From an uncultured Spirochaetaceae bacterium (lineage in GTDB: Bacteria; Spirochaetota; Spirochaetia; SZUA-6; Bin103), in assembly GCA_964346995.1 (NCBI GenBank), contig CAYFXT010000001.1:1-42718 (forward strand): 42,718 nt of DNA, read 5' to 3'. Under the pieces are notes generated by a model. The model was not told the DNA's origin. It made no database searches and saw nothing but the letters and a program-made list of their open reading frames with translations. The first letter of the stretch is position 1, and each line of letters begins with the position of its first letter. The position numbers and the translations under genes are program-made. Positions 41,195 through 42,718 of this stretch are shown piece after piece.

Positions 41195-42340
41195 ATGCCC
41201 GTTCGGCTGACACCCACGCTCGCCGCTACGGCGGCGGGTTGCCTGTTCCTGCTGGTTGTCGCGCTCGCGCCGACGTCGGCGCAGACGCAGCGGTACTCCT
41301 CCCGCGAGCACGACTTCCTCATCGAAGCGGTCGTACGCGACTTGCAGCATCCCTGGGCGGTGGCATTTCTGCCCGATGGCGGGATGCTCGTAACCGAGCG
41401 CCCGGGACGCCTGCTGCGTATCGGCGCGGACGGAAGCCGCATCACGGTACGGGGGCTGCCGGCGGTCGCCGCGGTCGACCAGGGCGGCCTGCTCGACGTG
41501 ATCCTGGATCCCGCGTTCGGCGACAACCGGCTGATCTACTTCTCCTACGTGGAACGCGCTGGCGGCGGCCTGCGTACGGCCGTAGCGCGTGGCGAGCTGG
41601 ACGGCGACCGGCTGACAGGGGTACGGCGCATCTTCGCCATGAACCGCGCGTCGCACGGCGGCCGGCACTTCGGATCGCGGCTCGCGTTCCTGGCCGACGG
41701 CGACCTGATCGTCACACTCGGCGAGCGCGGCCAGCGGCACCGCGCTCAGGATCCCGCCGACCATGCCGGCTCCGTGCTGCGCATCCGGCCCGACGGCGGT
41801 CGTTCGCCGCGTACCACCGCCGTTGCGATCCCGGACGCGGCTCCGGAGGTGTTCACCTACGGCCACCGCAACGCCCAGGGGCTGGCAATCCACCCCGAGA
41901 CTGGCGCCATCTGGATACACGAGCACGGTCCGCGCGGCGGCGACGAGATCAACATCCTGCGCGGCGGCGCCAACTATGGCTGGCCGGTAGTGACCTACGG
42001 CCGCGAATACTCCGGAGGCAGCATCGGGGTCGGCGCCGAAGCGCACGGCATGGAACCGCCGCTGCTGCACTGGACCCCCTCCATCGCCCCGTCCGGGATG
42101 GCGTTCTACACCGGCGCCGAGTTCCCGCGCTGGCGCGGCGACCTGTTCGTCGGCGCCCTCGCGGCCCAGCATCTGCGCCGCGTCGTGGTGCGCGAAGGCG
42201 TGGTGGTGGAACAGGAGCCGCTTCTGGAGCGGCAGGTGGGACGCATCCGCGACGTCCGCCAGGGACCGGACGGTGCGCTGTGGATCCTTACCGACGCGCG
42301 GCGTGGAGCACTCTACCGGCTGACCAACCCTGACCGGTAG
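41195..42340 (+). CDS. PQQ-dependent sugar dehydrogenase (glucose/sorbosone dehydrogenase family, YliI-like), secreted
   Basis: It has a signal peptide (LAATAAGCLFLLVVALAPTSAQ) and beta-propeller blocks: PWAVAFLPDGGMLVTERPGRL, HFGSRLAF, GHRNAQGLA and GGDEINILRGGANYGWP. Confidence 0.85.
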   Translation: MPVRLTPTLAATAAGCLFLLVVALAPTSAQTQRYSSREHDFLIEAVVRDLQHPWAVAFLPDGGMLVTERPGRLLRIGADGSRITVRGLPAVAAVDQGGLLDVILDPAFGDNRLIYFSYVERAGGGLRTAVARGELDGDRLTGVRRIFAMNRASHGGRHFGSRLAFLADGDLIVTLGERGQRHRAQDPADHAGSVLRIRPDGGRSPRTTAVAIPDAAPEVFTYGHRNAQGLAIHPETGAIWIHEHGPRGGDEINILRGGANYGWPVVTYGREYSGGSIGVGAEAHGMEPPLLHWTPSIAPSGMAFYTGAEFPRWRGDLFVGALAAQHLRRVVVREGVVVEQEPLLERQVGRIRDVRQGPDGALWILTDARRGALYRLTNPDR

Positions 42341-42368
42341 CCACGCTTCCGGTCCCGCCCGGAGCGGC

Positions 42369-42587
42369 CTACAGGCGCGCCACCACCACGGCGAGCGTGA
42401 CCACGATCGCCAGCTCGCCAAGCAGAACGACGCCGAGCGACACGCCGCGCGCAACCGGCAGAGCGCCGCCGGAACTCATCAGCTTGAGAAGTGGCCGGCC
42501 GAGGACGATGACCATGTAGGCCAGCAGCACGGCGACTGCCGCCATGATGACGATGACGATCAGGCTGATCGGCATGTAGTATAGCAT
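42369..42587 (-). CDS. Small hypothetical membrane protein (two predicted TM helices)
   Basis: ATG 42587 gives MLYYMPISLIVIVIMAAVAVLLAYMVIVL...LGVVLLGELAIVVTLAVVVARL. I recognise no family. Confidence 0.45.
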   Translation of the reverse strand: MLYYMPISLIVIVIMAAVAVLLAYMVIVLGRPLLKLMSSGGALPVARGVSLGVVLLGELAIVVTLAVVVARL

Positions 42588-42718
42588 ACCCGCCAACCGC
42601 CGCAGCGTGAATAGCCACTGACCGGCCCAAATCCACGCCTAAGCGCAATACTGTTGCTTTAAGCCGAAGTTCCAGAGGCTAAATCGGACTTAATTCTTTG
42701 CTATAGTGATAGGTAGTG

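Noticed and set aside
1-42718. CRISPR arrays, transposases/integrases, prophage genes, tRNA/rRNA/tmRNA genes
   Set aside because: No regularly spaced repeats are present. No ORF resembles a transposase, integrase or phage protein. No cloverleaf-like or rRNA-like segment was found in the few non-coding gaps. No tool was available, so small ncRNAs cannot be strictly excluded.

Overview
This is a very GC-rich bacterial chromosomal window with dense coding on both strands. I call 42 protein genes and found no rRNA, tRNA, CRISPR array or mobile element. Most of it is housekeeping. This includes a GldF/GldG/DUF4340 ABC-associated module, tsaE-tsaB, a TPR protein, a PfkB kinase, infC-rpmI-rplT-zapB-zapA and metX-metW. 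It also includes hisH-hisF, an FmdB zinc ribbon, a Wza-like exporter-cysteine desulfurase-thiI string, an M16 (PreP-like) peptidase, leuB-hpt, two methyltransferases, a DinB protein and a PQQ sugar dehydrogenase. The one clearly accessory block is a ~10.5 kb, eight-gene minus-strand operon (21317-31786). It is headed by a CarH/LitR-type MerR + B12-binding photoreceptor-repressor, followed by an HMG-CoA-synthase-family gene, crtE, crtY, crtI and crtB. It ends with a SAM-methyltransferase fused to a Pds/Zds/CrtU-type desaturase, then a Rieske protein. I read this as a light/B12-controlled carotenoid cluster with an uncharacterised, possibly aromatising and oxidising, tailoring module. Other sequence-level oddities are listed below.
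- A staircase of three ATGA-linked mini-ORFs that are degenerate copies of the 5' end of the DUF4340 gene.
- Pervasive 4-nt GTGA/ATGA stop-start overlaps that couple functionally unrelated genes.
- A sigma70-like promoter and ~145-nt leader upstream of infC.
- Several strong palindromes and hairpins in intergenic regions.

The many long antisense or alternative-frame ORFs in the track are high-GC artefacts. All functional calls come from motif- and family-level recognition of the translated ORFs, because no database search was possible.
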